Shown piece by piece: positions 28,343-38,965 of a DNA stretch of 64,000 nucleotides. Source of the stretch: an uncultured bacterium (GTDB lineage Bacteria > Patescibacteriota > Andersenbacteria > UBA10190 > CAIZMI01). The stretch is from contig CAIZMI010000044.1 in the NCBI GenBank assembly GCA_903934015.1, positions 5,027 to 69,026 of the forward strand. Reading direction: 5' to 3'. Under the pieces are notes generated by a model, which made no database searches, had not been told where the DNA came from, and was given only the letters and a program-made list of their open reading frames with translations. Within the stretch, counting starts at the first letter, position 1. The number at the start of each line of letters is the position of its first letter. Both the position numbers and the translations under genes were made by a program.

Positions 28343-30574
28343 TTATTCCTCTTCGCTTTTGGGTTCGTATTCCTTTGAAAAATCACATTCTTTATTTGAG
28401 CAAACTGCAGTATTACTTTTTCCAAAAATAAGTAAATTTTGGCAAGTCGGGCATTTTTCACCGGTTGGTTTACTCCACAAAACAAAATCACATTCGGGAT
28501 ATTTGTTGCAACCGTAGAAATATTTTCCGCGTTTTGATTTGCGTTCGACAATTTCGCCGACGTTACATTTTGGACAAATACCGCCAACCTTTTTTTCAAT
28601 GCGTTCCGTGTGTTTACATTCCGGATAACCGGCGCAACCCAAGAAAATACCAAAGCGACCGCGTTTAGTCACCAAATCTTTTCCGCAATCCGGGCAAATT
28701 TTGCCGGTAGGCGCTGTATCCATTTCTGATTTTTCTTTCTCGCTGGCGGGCGCGGTGTATTTACAATCCGGATAACCGGAACAACCGTAGAATTTTCCAT
28801 TACGCCCAAGACGTAAAATAACCGGTTTACCGCAATCGGGGCATTTAAGATCGGTCTTTTCGGTTGTAATTTCATCTTTATTGAGTGTTTTGGCTTTCTC
28901 TTTTAGGTTCTTCTTAAACGGAACATAGAATTCCTTCAAAAGGGGAACCATTTTTTTGTTTCCATCAGCGATTTGATCAAGGTCTTCTTCCATGTGGGCG
29001 GTAAATTGAATATCAACAATTTCTGGGAAGTGGGCGACTAAGACATCATTAACAACTTTTCCAATATCGGTTGGACGGAATCGTTTGTCTTCCAAACTTT
29101 TTTCTACATAACCGCGTTTTTGTACCGTATCGATTGTTGGTGCATATGTTGACGGCCGACCGATGCCGGCTTCTTCAAGTGCTTTAACCAAAGAAGCTTC
29201 CGAATATCGGGCAGGAGGTTGGGTGAAATGTTGTAGTGCGTTAAGTAGCAATAATTCCAGTATCTCGTCTTTTGTAAGCGAAGGAAGGATAACTTCCTTG
29301 GTTTTATCAATGCCCCAAATTTGCAAGAAACCCGGGAAAGCGACGCGTGAACCGGTGGCGCGAAAAACATAATTGTCCGCTTTAATGTCGACAGTCATCG
29401 CTTTGAATTTCGCATCCGCTGTTTGGCAGGCGACAGTTCGGCGCCAAATCAAATCGTAAAGTCGAAAGGCGTCGTGTTCCAGGTATTGTTTTACATTTTC
29501 CGGCTTTAAATTAACGTCTGTCGGACGAATCGCTTCATGGGCTTCCTGGGCACCGCGTGATTTATTTTTGAAGGTGCGTGCCTCGGCCGGTAGGTAGTCG
29601 GCGCCAAGATCGTTTTTGATAAATTCACGGATTTTGATTACCGCCTCATTGGCCAAATTCAAAGAGTCTGTACGCATATAGGTGATTAATCCTGTTGCTC
29701 CTTCTTCGCCTAATTCCACACCTTCATACAAGCGTTGGGCGAGCATCATAGTTTTCTTGGTTGAGAATCCCAGACGGTTCGATGCCGCTTGTTGTAATGT
29801 GCTGGTAGTGAATGGTGCCAGTGGTGTACGACCGACCTGGCGCTCTTCAACACTGTCAACGAGCCATTTTGCTTTATTTAAATCAGTCTTTATTTTTTCC
29901 GCTTCTGTACCGGATTTAATATCAAGCTTATCCAAAATTTTTCCATCAACAGATCGCAGTTTGGCCAAAAACTCACCATCTTTGGCTTTTAGACTTGCTT
30001 CCAATGACCAAAATTCATCAGCTTTAAAGGCTTCGATTTCACGCTCACGTTCAACAATTAAACGAACAGCAACCGATTGGACGCGACCGGCCGAAAGACC
30101 ACGACGAATTTTATTCCAAAGGAGAGGAGATAACTCATAACCAACCAACCGATCCAGGATGCGACGTGCTTGTTGCGCATCCACTAGTTGCAGATTAAGT
30201 TTTCGTGGGTTTTCAATGGCGTGTTGAATTGCCGACTTGGTGATTTCATCAAAGGTGATTCGTTCTGCCGTTTTTTCATCCACTTTTAAGATCTTTGCCA
30301 AGTGCCAGGCAATAGCTTCTCCTTCGCGGTCTTCATCAGTTGCGAAGTAGACTTTCTCGGCCTTGGCCACGCTTGCTTTCAATTCTGTAACAACCTTCTT
30401 TGCCTTTGGTGGGGTTACATACTCCGGCTCAAAATCATTTTCCACATCAACGCCAATCTTGCTTTTTGGTAAATCGCGCACATGACCGAAAGATGCTTTT
30501 ACGACGTAACCTTTTCCAAGGTATTTGGCGATAGTTTTTGCTTTTGCGGGTGACTCAACAATTACTAATTTCAT
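28343..30574 (-). CDS. topA: DNA topoisomerase I with C-terminal Zn-ribbon repeats
   Basis: TOPRIM start MKLVIVESPAKAKTI, active-site region. Three C4 zinc ribbons (CPDCGK.., CPKCN.., CPTCQ..). Confidence 0.92.
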   Translation of the reverse strand: MKLVIVESPAKAKTIAKYLGKGYVVKASFGHVRDLPKSKIGVDVENDFEPEYVTPPKAKKVVTELKASVAKAEKVYFATDEDREGEAIAWHLAKILKVDEKTAERITFDEITKSAIQHAIENPRKLNLQLVDAQQARRILDRLVGYELSPLLWNKIRRGLSAGRVQSVAVRLIVEREREIEAFKADEFWSLEASLKAKDGEFLAKLRSVDGKILDKLDIKSGTEAEKIKTDLNKAKWLVDSVEERQVGRTPLAPFTTSTLQQAASNRLGFSTKKTMMLAQRLYEGVELGEEGATGLITYMRTDSLNLANEAVIKIREFIKNDLGADYLPAEARTFKNKSRGAQEAHEAIRPTDVNLKPENVKQYLEHDAFRLYDLIWRRTVACQTADAKFKAMTVDIKADNYVFRATGSRVAFPGFLQIWGIDKTKEVILPSLTKDEILELLLLNALQHFTQPPARYSEASLVKALEEAGIGRPSTYAPTIDTVQKRGYVEKSLEDKRFRPTDIGKVVNDVLVAHFPEIVDIQFTAHMEEDLDQIADGNKKMVPLLKEFYVPFKKNLKEKAKTLNKDEITTEKTDLKCPDCGKPVILRLGRNGKFYGCSGYPDCKYTAPASEKEKSEMDTAPTGKICPDCGKDLVTKRGRFGIFLGCAGYPECKHTERIEKKVGGICPKCNVGEIVERKSKRGKYFYGCNKYPECDFVLWSKPTGEKCPTCQNLLIFGKSNTAVCSNKECDFSKEYEPKSEEE

Positions 30575-30653
30575 TGAAACTAATTCTTAATGTTTATCGG
30601 GGATTGCTTCGCCCGCGCACCACAAGGGTGCGGGGCTCGCAAAGACTAATGCT

Positions 30654-31943
30654 CTATATTCTTACATAATTTCGACCACCTGTATCTTTTACTAGGCCAT
30701 CTATTTCCAGCATTGTTAAAACAGACGCCACGGTATGAGACGGGAGTGTACTGGCTTTTACAATCTCGTCAATGGGGAGGGGATTTTGTGTAAGAATATT
30801 CAGAACCGATATTTGTTCATTTTTAGGTTGATTGTCAGGAGTCCTTTCAACGGCTATTGGAGAAGATTCTATTCTCGTTTTCACTGGTTGTTTTGCTGTC
30901 TTTGCAGTCGGTATGCCTCCAAATAAAGTAAACAGTTCCAGTTCGTCCATAATCTGTTGGGCGCTACTTACAGGGGTCGCGCCGTCGCGAATCAGTTCAT
31001 TGGTACCTTGTGACATTTCGGATGTAATTGGGCCGGGGACGGCAAACACTTCGCGGTTTTGTTCAAGGCCTAATCGGGCAGTGATTAGGGCACCGCTTTG
31101 TTTACCTGCCTCCACGACAACAATCGCCCGAGAAAGACCGGTGACGATGCGGTTTCGTTGCGGAAAAAAATATGGAAGGCCTTGGGTGCCGGGTGGGTAT
31201 TCGCTAATAATGGCACCATCATTTTTAATGATGTCTTTCGCCAGTTGGCGGTGAGCGCGCGGGTATAAAGTCATTTCATCGCAACCATTTCCTAGTACCG
31301 CCCACGTGGTGCCGTTGCTTTGTAGCGTTGCTAGGTGAGCTTCCGCGTCAATGCCGTATGCCAGTCCGGAGATAATCACTACACCCTTTGCGGCGAGTGG
31401 GCGTACTAACATATTTGTTACGGTTTTGCCGTAGGGTGTGGCTTTGCGACTGCCGACAAAAGCGATGTTTAAACTGTTTTGGTGGAGTGTTCCTCGCACA
31501 TAAAGACCTAGCGGTGGATCAAAAATATTGATTAAGGATTTGGGAAATTTTGGCGATGTGGCCGGGATAAATTCAATTCCCAGTTGATTAAGGCGCTCCA
31601 GCGCTTTTTCCGGCTGATAATGTTTTCTGTGTTCATTGAAGAGGTGGCGTTGTTCGGTCGTCCAGCCGTATTGTTCCAAGGCTTCGTCGGGGATAGTCCA
31701 CGCCTGTTCATTCCCGCCCGCGCGGTTAATCAAGTTCTGTATTTTTGACGCGTTGATGTTCGGGCGAAACGCGGAGAGCGCTTGGAGGATCACAAAATCA
31801 TCCGCACTGCTGGATGTGTCCAAGTCTTCTTGGTATTTACCATCCCCGTGAACACGGGGATCCACGCCGTGGACTCCCGCAGAAGCGGGAGTGGTGCGTT
31901 TTTGTATTTCTTGGTTTTCTGTTTCCGTGTTTGTTTCCACCAT
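30654..31943 (-). CDS. dprA: DNA processing protein DprA/Smf with N-terminal extension
   Basis: Rossmann-like core GSRKATPYGKTVTNML..IISGLAYGIDAEAH and C-terminal wHTH. Confidence 0.85.
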   Translation of the reverse strand: MVETNTETENQEIQKRTTPASAGVHGVDPRVHGDGKYQEDLDTSSSADDFVILQALSAFRPNINASKIQNLINRAGGNEQAWTIPDEALEQYGWTTEQRHLFNEHRKHYQPEKALERLNQLGIEFIPATSPKFPKSLINIFDPPLGLYVRGTLHQNSLNIAFVGSRKATPYGKTVTNMLVRPLAAKGVVIISGLAYGIDAEAHLATLQSNGTTWAVLGNGCDEMTLYPRAHRQLAKDIIKNDGAIISEYPPGTQGLPYFFPQRNRIVTGLSRAIVVVEAGKQSGALITARLGLEQNREVFAVPGPITSEMSQGTNELIRDGATPVSSAQQIMDELELFTLFGGIPTAKTAKQPVKTRIESSPIAVERTPDNQPKNEQISVLNILTQNPLPIDEIVKASTLPSHTVASVLTMLEIDGLVKDTGGRNYVRI

Positions 31944-32064
31944 TACCTACACATTATTCCCGTAAATGTTACTATTGACAAATTGTCAATTTGAGAGTAG
32001 AATTAACTGTTTTTCTGGTTATGATAGAACTTTTTACAACTTTTTGTTTAATTGGGAGGGTTTT

Positions 32065-33108
32065 ATGTACAATCGACCTGGATTGAATTATTGGGATGAA
32101 GATTTAGTGGGTGGAGGCGGTGGTATTGTGGAGATGAATCAGGAGGACGAGGATTCCGATCTTGTCGAGCGAGCGGAAGGGGTCGACGACAACCACGCCA
32201 ATTATACGGCGCAGGTGATTGGGCGTTTTGTCTCGTCACTTCGGAATGCGATCGCGAGGACTATGAATGAGGGGCTGAAGATACGCATGAAACATGTTCG
32301 CGGGAGGTTGCTGGGGATTCTGGCCGTTCGCAATGAGGAGAGGGTCGAAAAGTTGCTGAAAGACGCCGATGAGATGTTGGATGCGACGGAGCAGTATTTG
32401 GCCTCGGCGATGCAGGTGACCAGCACGCGTGAGACGATCCTGCAATTTGACATGGCCGAAGGCAGTATGCGTTTGGCTGGTGATTTCCTGCGGGAAATGC
32501 AAGAACGCAAGTACTTGAAGGAAGTCGCGAAGAAGCGTCAGTCCGAAATCGACCTGCTTCAAGAGAGGTTGAAGCGCTTGCGGGTTGAGAGCAATAAGCG
32601 TCCGCAAGTAGTTCGCGCCGCACGTGAACGCGACGAGTCGGCGCAACAACAACTTCAGCAACGGGCGCAACAAGTCGTTGAGGAAGAGGTGAGGTTTCGC
32701 GCGGAATCTCTCGCGGTCTGTCGGGCACGTATGGAAGCTGGCGATCTTGCGGGGGCCAAACTTCTTCTTGGTGGCATTGAACCGGTTAACAGGAAAATGG
32801 TCCGGAAATCGGATGGATGTGGTTACACATTCATTCCGGATGATCCCGAGTTGGTCGCTTTGGACGAGCGATTGGTCGCTCTGTCCATTGCCGAAGCGAC
32901 GCGGTTGAAGGGCCTCGTCGATGGGTGCGTCGCTCAGCAGGATTTCGCCGGTGCGATGCAACACATCACAGCCCTTGGGGTGCTCGATCCTCGTGCGATC
33001 ACAAATGTGTTCGGCGGGCCGGAGCAGGTGGCGATGCTTAAACAGCGCTGTTACCGGCAAAAGTACGGGGCGCGCAAAAGTCCTCGTGAAATCCACCTGT
33101 TGAAGTAG
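32065..33108 (+). CDS. hypothetical coiled-coil protein encoded in a GC-rich island
   Basis: GGGAGGG RBS then ATG 32065. Q/R/E-rich coiled-coil segments, G5 run. Local GC looks well above flanks. Antisense ORFs on the minus strand are stop-codon-poor artefacts. Confidence 0.5.
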   Translation: MYNRPGLNYWDEDLVGGGGGIVEMNQEDEDSDLVERAEGVDDNHANYTAQVIGRFVSSLRNAIARTMNEGLKIRMKHVRGRLLGILAVRNEERVEKLLKDADEMLDATEQYLASAMQVTSTRETILQFDMAEGSMRLAGDFLREMQERKYLKEVAKKRQSEIDLLQERLKRLRVESNKRPQVVRAARERDESAQQQLQQRAQQVVEEEVRFRAESLAVCRARMEAGDLAGAKLLLGGIEPVNRKMVRKSDGCGYTFIPDDPELVALDERLVALSIAEATRLKGLVDGCVAQQDFAGAMQHITALGVLDPRAITNVFGGPEQVAMLKQRCYRQKYGARKSPREIHLLK

Positions 33109-33138
33109 GGCATCGTTTTTTTCAAGTTCTTTAGCAAC

Positions 33139-33169
33139 CGTGTGACAAGGTGTCACACGGTTTTTTTTG
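33139..33169 (+). terminator. rho-independent terminator CCGTGTGACA-AGG-TGTCACACGG + T8
   Basis: 10-bp stem then U-run, 30 nt after the 33108 stop. Confidence 0.75.
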
Positions 33170-33346
33170 TTTTTCTTAGCAAAGAAAAACAATCCCCCAT
33201 AGTCGCGTGGTCGCGAAGCGACTTTACGCGACGACGGGGGATGATTTCGCGATATTTTTGTTACACTAAATATAATATAAAGAAGCATTTTGTATCGATA
33301 TATCGATACAAAATTATATTATAGTGGAAATTGGGGTTTATGGACT

Positions 33347-33385
33347 AAATCCCTCCTAACCTCCCTTTGAATAAAGGGAGGAAAC
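33347..33385. repeat. REP-like element A (AAATCCCTCCTAACCTCCCTTTGAATAAAGGGAGGAAAC)
   Basis: Third copy; at the convergent junction downstream of mfd. Confidence 0.75.
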
Positions 33386-33393
33386 ACTCGCGC

Positions 33394-33422
33394 CTCTACG
33401 CCCTACACGCTACCACCTACAC
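33394..33422 (-). repeat. family-4-like element (minus-strand reading GTGTAGGTGGTAGCGTGTAGGGCGTAGAG) supplying the mfd stop codon
   Basis: The first TAG of the element is the mfd stop (33417-33419). Confidence 0.6.
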
Positions 33423-36400
33423 TTTTTTCTTCGCCTTGCCCGTTACGCGCTCTTTTTCGCGAGCTTCTGTTATGAGATGCAATGTGTGTTCTACTTTGCT
33501 TAAATAATCCTGGCCTAGTTCGGTAACAGGTATCGACATTGATGCGCCGGTGAAAGTCCAACGCGGATTATCGGCAATCGCGGTGTAAGCAATTGTTGGC
33601 GTAAGGCCGTCTTGTAAAGTTAATGTAATACGCAAATCTTTTTGCGCGGTCATATCGCGTTTGCTGGCCATAGGGTTTGTGGACGTAACAATGCCATTTA
33701 CATTTGCGATTGCGGCTAATAGTTTCAACTTAAGCACTTGGAAGAAAGTGATTCCCGCTTCCGGAAGTGGTCCATATTGTTCTTCCAGTGCATGGCGAGT
33801 AGAAACTAAATCTTTCATTGAACGAATAGAGCCGGTTCTTGTATAAGCTTGCAAGCGTTCTGCCGTATTTGGAATATATTCTTCCGGCAAATAGGCCTTA
33901 ATCGGCAAATCAATTTGTACGTCTGTAATAGTTTGTTCGGCTTGGCCTTTTCGTAACCGTTCCACTTCTTCATTTAGTAATTCACCAAAAAGATGCACAC
34001 CAACAGCTTTGATTGTGCCATGTTGTTCTTTGCCGAGCAGGTTTCCGGCGCCACGGATTTCTAAATCACGCAAAGCGAGCGTCCAGCCACTGCCCAGTTC
34101 TACTGCTTCCAAAAGTGCCGTTAAGCGTTTGCGGGCTTCAAACGGCAAGCGTCCTTGGTGGTACAAGAAATAGGCGAAGGCTTGTTTGTTTCCACGACCA
34201 ACGCGACCCCGTAACTGGTATAAATCCGACAAACCAAAAGACGGTGAATCAAAAACAACCAGCGTATTAACATTTGGCAAATCAATACCGTTTTGAATAA
34301 TTGTTGAGCAAACAAGAATATCGGCTTTTTTGGTATCAAATAATTCCATCACTTCCATTAGTTTTTGTTCATGCATTTGACCGTGACCCACCACAACGCG
34401 TGCTTTTGGCATGATTTTTCGAATGCGTTCGGCGGCCGCTTCGATAGTTTCTACGCGATTCCATAAAACGTAGGCTTGACCCCCACGTTCTAATTCTGTT
34501 TGTAGTGCTTTTTTAACCAGTTCATCGTTTTCACGCGTTACTTTGGTGATGACAGGTTGGCGACCACCCGGTGGTGTAGCAATTACGGAAAGAGAACGTA
34601 GTCCTGAAAGAGCCATATTTAGTGTACGTGGAATTGGTGTAGCGGAGAGGGAAAGAACATCAACGCTTGCGCGCATTCTGCGCAAACTTTCTTTTTGCTC
34701 GACACCGAATTTTTGTTCTTCGTCGATGATCATTAAACCTAGAGATTTGAATTTTACATCTTCTGATAAAAGGCGATGGGTGCCAATAACAATATCAACT
34801 TCGCCTGTTACTAATTTTCGTACCACCTCATTTTGCTCAGAAGCTGTCTGGAAGCGAGAAATTAAGGCACAACGGGAATTAAACGGTTTCAGGCGTTCCT
34901 GGAAGGTGTCGAAATGCTGTTGTGCTAAAAGTGTTGTGGGAGACAGGACGGCTACTTGGCGACCAAAGTTCACTGACTTAAAAGCAGCACGGATGGCAAC
35001 TTCTGTTTTGCCAAAACCAACATCACCGCAAACCAAACGATCCATTGGTTGGGCGCGTTCCATGTCCTTGGTTACTTCGCGGATAGCCGTTTCTTGGTCG
35101 TGTGTTTCGTCGTATGGGAAAGAATCAGCAAGCGACCGTTCTGCTTCCGTTTCCGGTGGAAAAGCGGTTCCGGATTGTGTTTCGCGCGCGGCATAAAGCT
35201 GTAACAATTCTTTGGCTAGATCGGCTGTTTCTTGGCGGATTTCTTTTGTTGTTGATTCCCATTCGCTACCGCCCAAGCGATGAATAACCGGATTAGCGGC
35301 CCCAATGTAGGCGGTGACTTTGTAGGACATTTCCACTGGAACAAAAAGTTTGTCGGAGGCGGCATATTCCAAAACTAGGTAGTCGCGAGCGGAATCGCGC
35401 AATTCTTTTCGCTCAATTCCACGGAATCGCGCAATGCCATGGTCGCGATGAACAACATAACCACCGGCGGAAAAACGGCGCGAGTAAGCCATGCCACTAT
35501 CCCATGAAAGCGGGTCTTCTTCGGCGGATTCACCAATGTCGGCATCAGTGAATATAGCGAAGGCGTCTTTAGTGTTAATAAAACCACGGGCATCCGCCGC
35601 TGTTTCGGCGGGAATGATTTCCAGGTTTTCGTTTTGCGGTAAAGTGACGCGCGTTGCTTCTGGGCGTGCAGTCAATATGATTACTTTATTTTTTTTGAGT
35701 GTTTCTGAAATGAGTAGTTTGAATTTTTCCATATCCCCGCCACATGGGGCCGGCTCGCGGATTTCGGAAATGCCGGAAAATGGTTGCAGGAGCATGTCCG
35801 GTTTTGTTGTGTTTCCAATTAGCGCTCCTTCTTCGGCGACGATGTATGCTGATTCGATGATTTTTTGGAAGTTTACCGGCAATGTTGGCGGAAGGGCCAG
35901 GGGAAAAATGTTTCTTGTTCGTCCGTCGGTTTGAGAAATTCTCTCGAATATTTTATTTGTATCGTTATTATTGCTATTGCGAGGCGCGAGAGATTTGATG
36001 TGGTCAATTTCATTTCCTAAAAACTCAATGCGCATTGGAGCGTCAGAATGAAATGGAAAGATGTCTACTATTCCGCCATGGTGCGAAAACGTGGCCGGTT
36101 CTTCGGAAACTCGCTCTTCCGTGTAGCCAAAGTTTATTAATTTTTCAATAAGAATTGTGGGAGAGAGAGTCTGTTTTTCTTTTAGTTGTAAAACTCCAAG
36201 GTCGGAGGTGAGTTTTGGAGACGGTTGTTGCAGTTCTTTTTGTGTTGCTAAAATCAAACGCGGGTGATTGTTTTTCAATGCCGTAATTGCTTGCCAGTAG
36301 GCCCTGAGTCGAGGAGTGGGAATATCACCGGATCTTTCTTGGGGTAGGAGGACGGGTAAGATTGTTAACGGATAATTGGTGGGATACTCTGTTTCACCAA

Positions 36401-36623
36401 TTTTTACTTGTTTCCAAAAAGCGATTGAACGAGAAATGCCCGGTAATGTAATAGTGGATCTTTCTACGAGTACGACAACAATTGGTCTACCCGATTCTGA
36501 AATCGGAAGACCTGCTAAAAATAGGGGAAGGATGCTCTCTGGAAGAGTCGGCGCTTCGATTTGTTTATCTTTTTCGACGGCGCTCCAAAGGTCCTGTAAT
36601 ACAGAGATTCGCGGGATATTCAT
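33417..36623 (-). CDS. mfd: transcription-repair coupling factor
   Basis: 1068 aa. UvrB-homology N-terminus, RNAP-interacting domain, superfamily-2 translocase motifs (GFGKTEVA, DEEQKFG), TRG motif. Confidence 0.92.
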   Translation of the reverse strand: MNIPRISVLQDLWSAVEKDKQIEAPTLPESILPLFLAGLPISESGRPIVVVLVERSTITLPGISRSIAFWKQVKIGETEYPTNYPLTILPVLLPQERSGDIPTPRLRAYWQAITALKNNHPRLILATQKELQQPSPKLTSDLGVLQLKEKQTLSPTILIEKLINFGYTEERVSEEPATFSHHGGIVDIFPFHSDAPMRIEFLGNEIDHIKSLAPRNSNNNDTNKIFERISQTDGRTRNIFPLALPPTLPVNFQKIIESAYIVAEEGALIGNTTKPDMLLQPFSGISEIREPAPCGGDMEKFKLLISETLKKNKVIILTARPEATRVTLPQNENLEIIPAETAADARGFINTKDAFAIFTDADIGESAEEDPLSWDSGMAYSRRFSAGGYVVHRDHGIARFRGIERKELRDSARDYLVLEYAASDKLFVPVEMSYKVTAYIGAANPVIHRLGGSEWESTTKEIRQETADLAKELLQLYAARETQSGTAFPPETEAERSLADSFPYDETHDQETAIREVTKDMERAQPMDRLVCGDVGFGKTEVAIRAAFKSVNFGRQVAVLSPTTLLAQQHFDTFQERLKPFNSRCALISRFQTASEQNEVVRKLVTGEVDIVIGTHRLLSEDVKFKSLGLMIIDEEQKFGVEQKESLRRMRASVDVLSLSATPIPRTLNMALSGLRSLSVIATPPGGRQPVITKVTRENDELVKKALQTELERGGQAYVLWNRVETIEAAAERIRKIMPKARVVVGHGQMHEQKLMEVMELFDTKKADILVCSTIIQNGIDLPNVNTLVVFDSPSFGLSDLYQLRGRVGRGNKQAFAYFLYHQGRLPFEARKRLTALLEAVELGSGWTLALRDLEIRGAGNLLGKEQHGTIKAVGVHLFGELLNEEVERLRKGQAEQTITDVQIDLPIKAYLPEEYIPNTAERLQAYTRTGSIRSMKDLVSTRHALEEQYGPLPEAGITFFQVLKLKLLAAIANVNGIVTSTNPMASKRDMTAQKDLRITLTLQDGLTPTIAYTAIADNPRWTFTGASMSIPVTELGQDYLSKVEHTLHLITEAREKERVTGKAKKKV

Positions 36624-36728
36624 TCCCGATAGTGATTTATGTATTGATATTATATACGATTTACAAATATATGCAATATTTTCAAATTCAACTCCTCATT
36701 TGTTGAGTTTATTTAGATTATTAATCCG

Positions 36729-37283
36729 TCAATTGGTGAAAAATTTATGTTTTGCGTCTAAAAATATTTTATCTAATTCCACTATTTCATTATTTGAAAA
36801 CTTCTCCAACACAAATATGTCGGTTGTCTGTGGCGCCGGTACCGGACCGATGCCGATTCGAAGGCGCCAAAAGTTGGATGTTCCAAGGCAGTCGATAATT
36901 GATTGCACGCCTTTGTGGCCGGCAGACGAAATTTCTTTTTGTAATCTAATTTCCCCTAAATTAATGTCCTTATCGTCGTGTAAGACGAGGAGTTGTTCTG
37001 GTTGTAATTGTTCTTTTTCTATAAGATAGGCAACACTTGTTCCGGATTCGTTCATGAAAGTGTGCGGGAAGACTAGAAGGTGGGGGGTGGGGTGTAGGTG
37101 GTAGGTGCCTCGTGATATCATTGCGTTCGAGTATTTGTCATGTTTGAATTCAGGGAAAATCCATTGTTTTTGCAGACAATCTAATAATAATGCACCTGCG
37201 TTGTGGCGAGTATTTTTGTATTCGTCTCCCGGATTTCCCAGTCCAACGATTATTCGAATGTCATCCAGAATAAATTCGGACAT
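36729..37283 (-). CDS. pth: peptidyl-tRNA hydrolase
   Basis: IVGLGNPGDEYKNTRHNAG N-terminus, FMNESG, HNG. Contains ~9 extra residues (TYHLHPTPH) encoded by a family-4-like repeat. Confidence 0.85.
   Translation of the reverse strand: MSEFILDDIRIIVGLGNPGDEYKNTRHNAGALLLDCLQKQWIFPEFKHDKYSNAMISRGTYHLHPTPHLLVFPHTFMNESGTSVAYLIEKEQLQPEQLLVLHDDKDINLGEIRLQKEISSAGHKGVQSIIDCLGTSNFWRLRIGIGPVPAPQTTDIFVLEKFSNNEIVELDKIFLDAKHKFFTN
37080..37110 (-). repeat. family-4-like G/T-rich element inside pth, in-frame (GTGGGGGGTGGGGTGTAGGTGGTAGGTGCC on + strand)
   Basis: Encodes GTYHLHPTPH, absent from the E. coli Pth alignment at this position. Confidence 0.5.
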
Positions 37284-37293
37284 TGTAAAAAAA

Positions 37294-38868
37294 TTACTGG
37301 CTGGTTGTTTGTGAGCTATCCGCAAAATCGGTACCGAGGAGGATAAGAAAATCAGCTTTCGAGGAGTTTTCGGAACTTGGAAGAGAAACGGTACTGCCGA
37401 TACCGAGTGTACTTAAAATAGTTTTTAGGCTTTCCGGTTTTTTATTGGCGGTGAGATCGATGATGACTGTAGACGTGCGATCTCTTTTTGCCGTGTTTCC
37501 CACGGTTTGGACGATAAAGTTTGCTGTTTTTAGCTTAGCCGATGTTCGCGAAGCCAGTCCCGTGATATTTGTGCCGTTACGAATTTCTACAGTTGGTTTT
37601 TCGGTTTTTAAATTTGCTGTATCAGGGGAAGTTGATGGAGTTGGTTTTGCGGAAGGTGTTACTGAAGGTGGCGCAGTTGGTTTCTGGGAGGAAATTGGTG
37701 TAGCTGGGGCATCTGTTTTTGTGGCTGAAAAGATATTGCTGACAAATTCTTTGATTTGCGAATAATCTTCGGCACCGGCGCGTGGTCGAATAATTGAAGC
37801 GGGAACTCCATCTAGAATTTCCGTGCCACCAGCAAGAAGACCATTTGTTCCTGTGGACAAGACGGCCGTATTAATGTTGTCTTTTGGAATTACGCGTGCC
37901 ATCTCAAAAACTTTTTTTACTTCCCAGAGGTTAAAATTAGTGGCGACGTTATCGCCAAAAGCATCGATGATTCCTGTAACCGCACGCACGTCAAAAGCCG
38001 TATTGGCTGAAAAGATTTTTTCACGCATTGCTAAAAGCAGGTGTTGTTGACGCGCGGCGCGAGCAAAATCGCCACCCTCCGGGCCGTCAACATAGCGTGC
38101 GCGAACATAAGAAAGCGCGCGGTCTCCACTCATTAACTCTGTTCCGGCAGGGAATGAAATTTTGTGCCAATAATCATAAAAAGAAACAGGAATGGTAACT
38201 TCTACGCCCCCAATTTTATCGATAACTTGCTTAAAAGCGGTGAAATCAACGCGTGCATAGTAGTGGATAGAGAGACCGGTAATTTCTTCTACTTTTTGAC
38301 CGAGAGCGATAATGCCTTCGCCCTTTTTCACATTTTCTTTATAGGCGTTGATGGCGTTAATTTTTGTGAAGGATGACGAACCGGGAAGGCGAACAAATAA
38401 ATCGCGTGGAATGGAAAGCAGTGCCACCTTTTTTTCTTGTGGACGGATCATTGCCACCATGATGGTATCAGTGAGATTTTCGCCTTCATGGCCCTTTCCG
38501 CCGATGGCGGCGAGTAAAACATTGATTTGTCCATCTTTTTCTCCTATTAGCATGCGATCACCTGGGATAAAGAGATCTACTAATTGCGCGATAATTGAGC
38601 GATCTTTGTTTAATACATTGCCACCGACCTTTAAGATTTTTGCAGAAAATAACCCGCCACAAAGGATGAGTAGTGTTAAAATTACGTAAATAGTGCGACG
38701 AATACCGCGACCTTTTTTTCGCTTTCCGGAGGGGGCCTTTATGGTCCCGCTTCCTTTGCCACCACCTTTTGAAGTGCGGATAGGAACAGAAGCGCCGTTA
38801 TCGGCTGATCTTATCTCGCGCAAAATATTTGCGCGTTCGTCTGACGAAAGAGATACACGAGAACTCAT
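37294..38868 (-). CDS. LytR-CpsA-Psr (LCP) family cell-envelope phosphotransferase with S/T/P-rich C-terminal extension
   Basis: N-terminal TM, LCP core (..AIGGKGHEGENLTDTIMVAMI..LLSIPRDL..), LytR_C-like tail. Confidence 0.8.
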   Translation of the reverse strand: MSSRVSLSSDERANILREIRSADNGASVPIRTSKGGGKGSGTIKAPSGKRKKGRGIRRTIYVILTLLILCGGLFSAKILKVGGNVLNKDRSIIAQLVDLFIPGDRMLIGEKDGQINVLLAAIGGKGHEGENLTDTIMVAMIRPQEKKVALLSIPRDLFVRLPGSSSFTKINAINAYKENVKKGEGIIALGQKVEEITGLSIHYYARVDFTAFKQVIDKIGGVEVTIPVSFYDYWHKISFPAGTELMSGDRALSYVRARYVDGPEGGDFARAARQQHLLLAMREKIFSANTAFDVRAVTGIIDAFGDNVATNFNLWEVKKVFEMARVIPKDNINTAVLSTGTNGLLAGGTEILDGVPASIIRPRAGAEDYSQIKEFVSNIFSATKTDAPATPISSQKPTAPPSVTPSAKPTPSTSPDTANLKTEKPTVEIRNGTNITGLASRTSAKLKTANFIVQTVGNTAKRDRTSTVIIDLTANKKPESLKTILSTLGIGSTVSLPSSENSSKADFLILLGTDFADSSQTTSQ

Positions 38869-38965
38869 GTAGGTATAAGCATATTACTTTGGCGAGTGAG
38901 AAGCAAATTGAAACTTGACCGTCGTCTTTGCGAGGCGCTGCAGTGCCGAAGCAATCTGACGGTGT

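Noticed and set aside
32202-33288. Long minus-strand ORFs (350, 155, 102 aa) overlapping the 32065-33108 gene
   Set aside because: They arise because the island is GC-rich and stop-poor. Their products are P/R/H-rich nonsense with no RBS. The + strand ORF has an RBS, a terminator and a plausible product.
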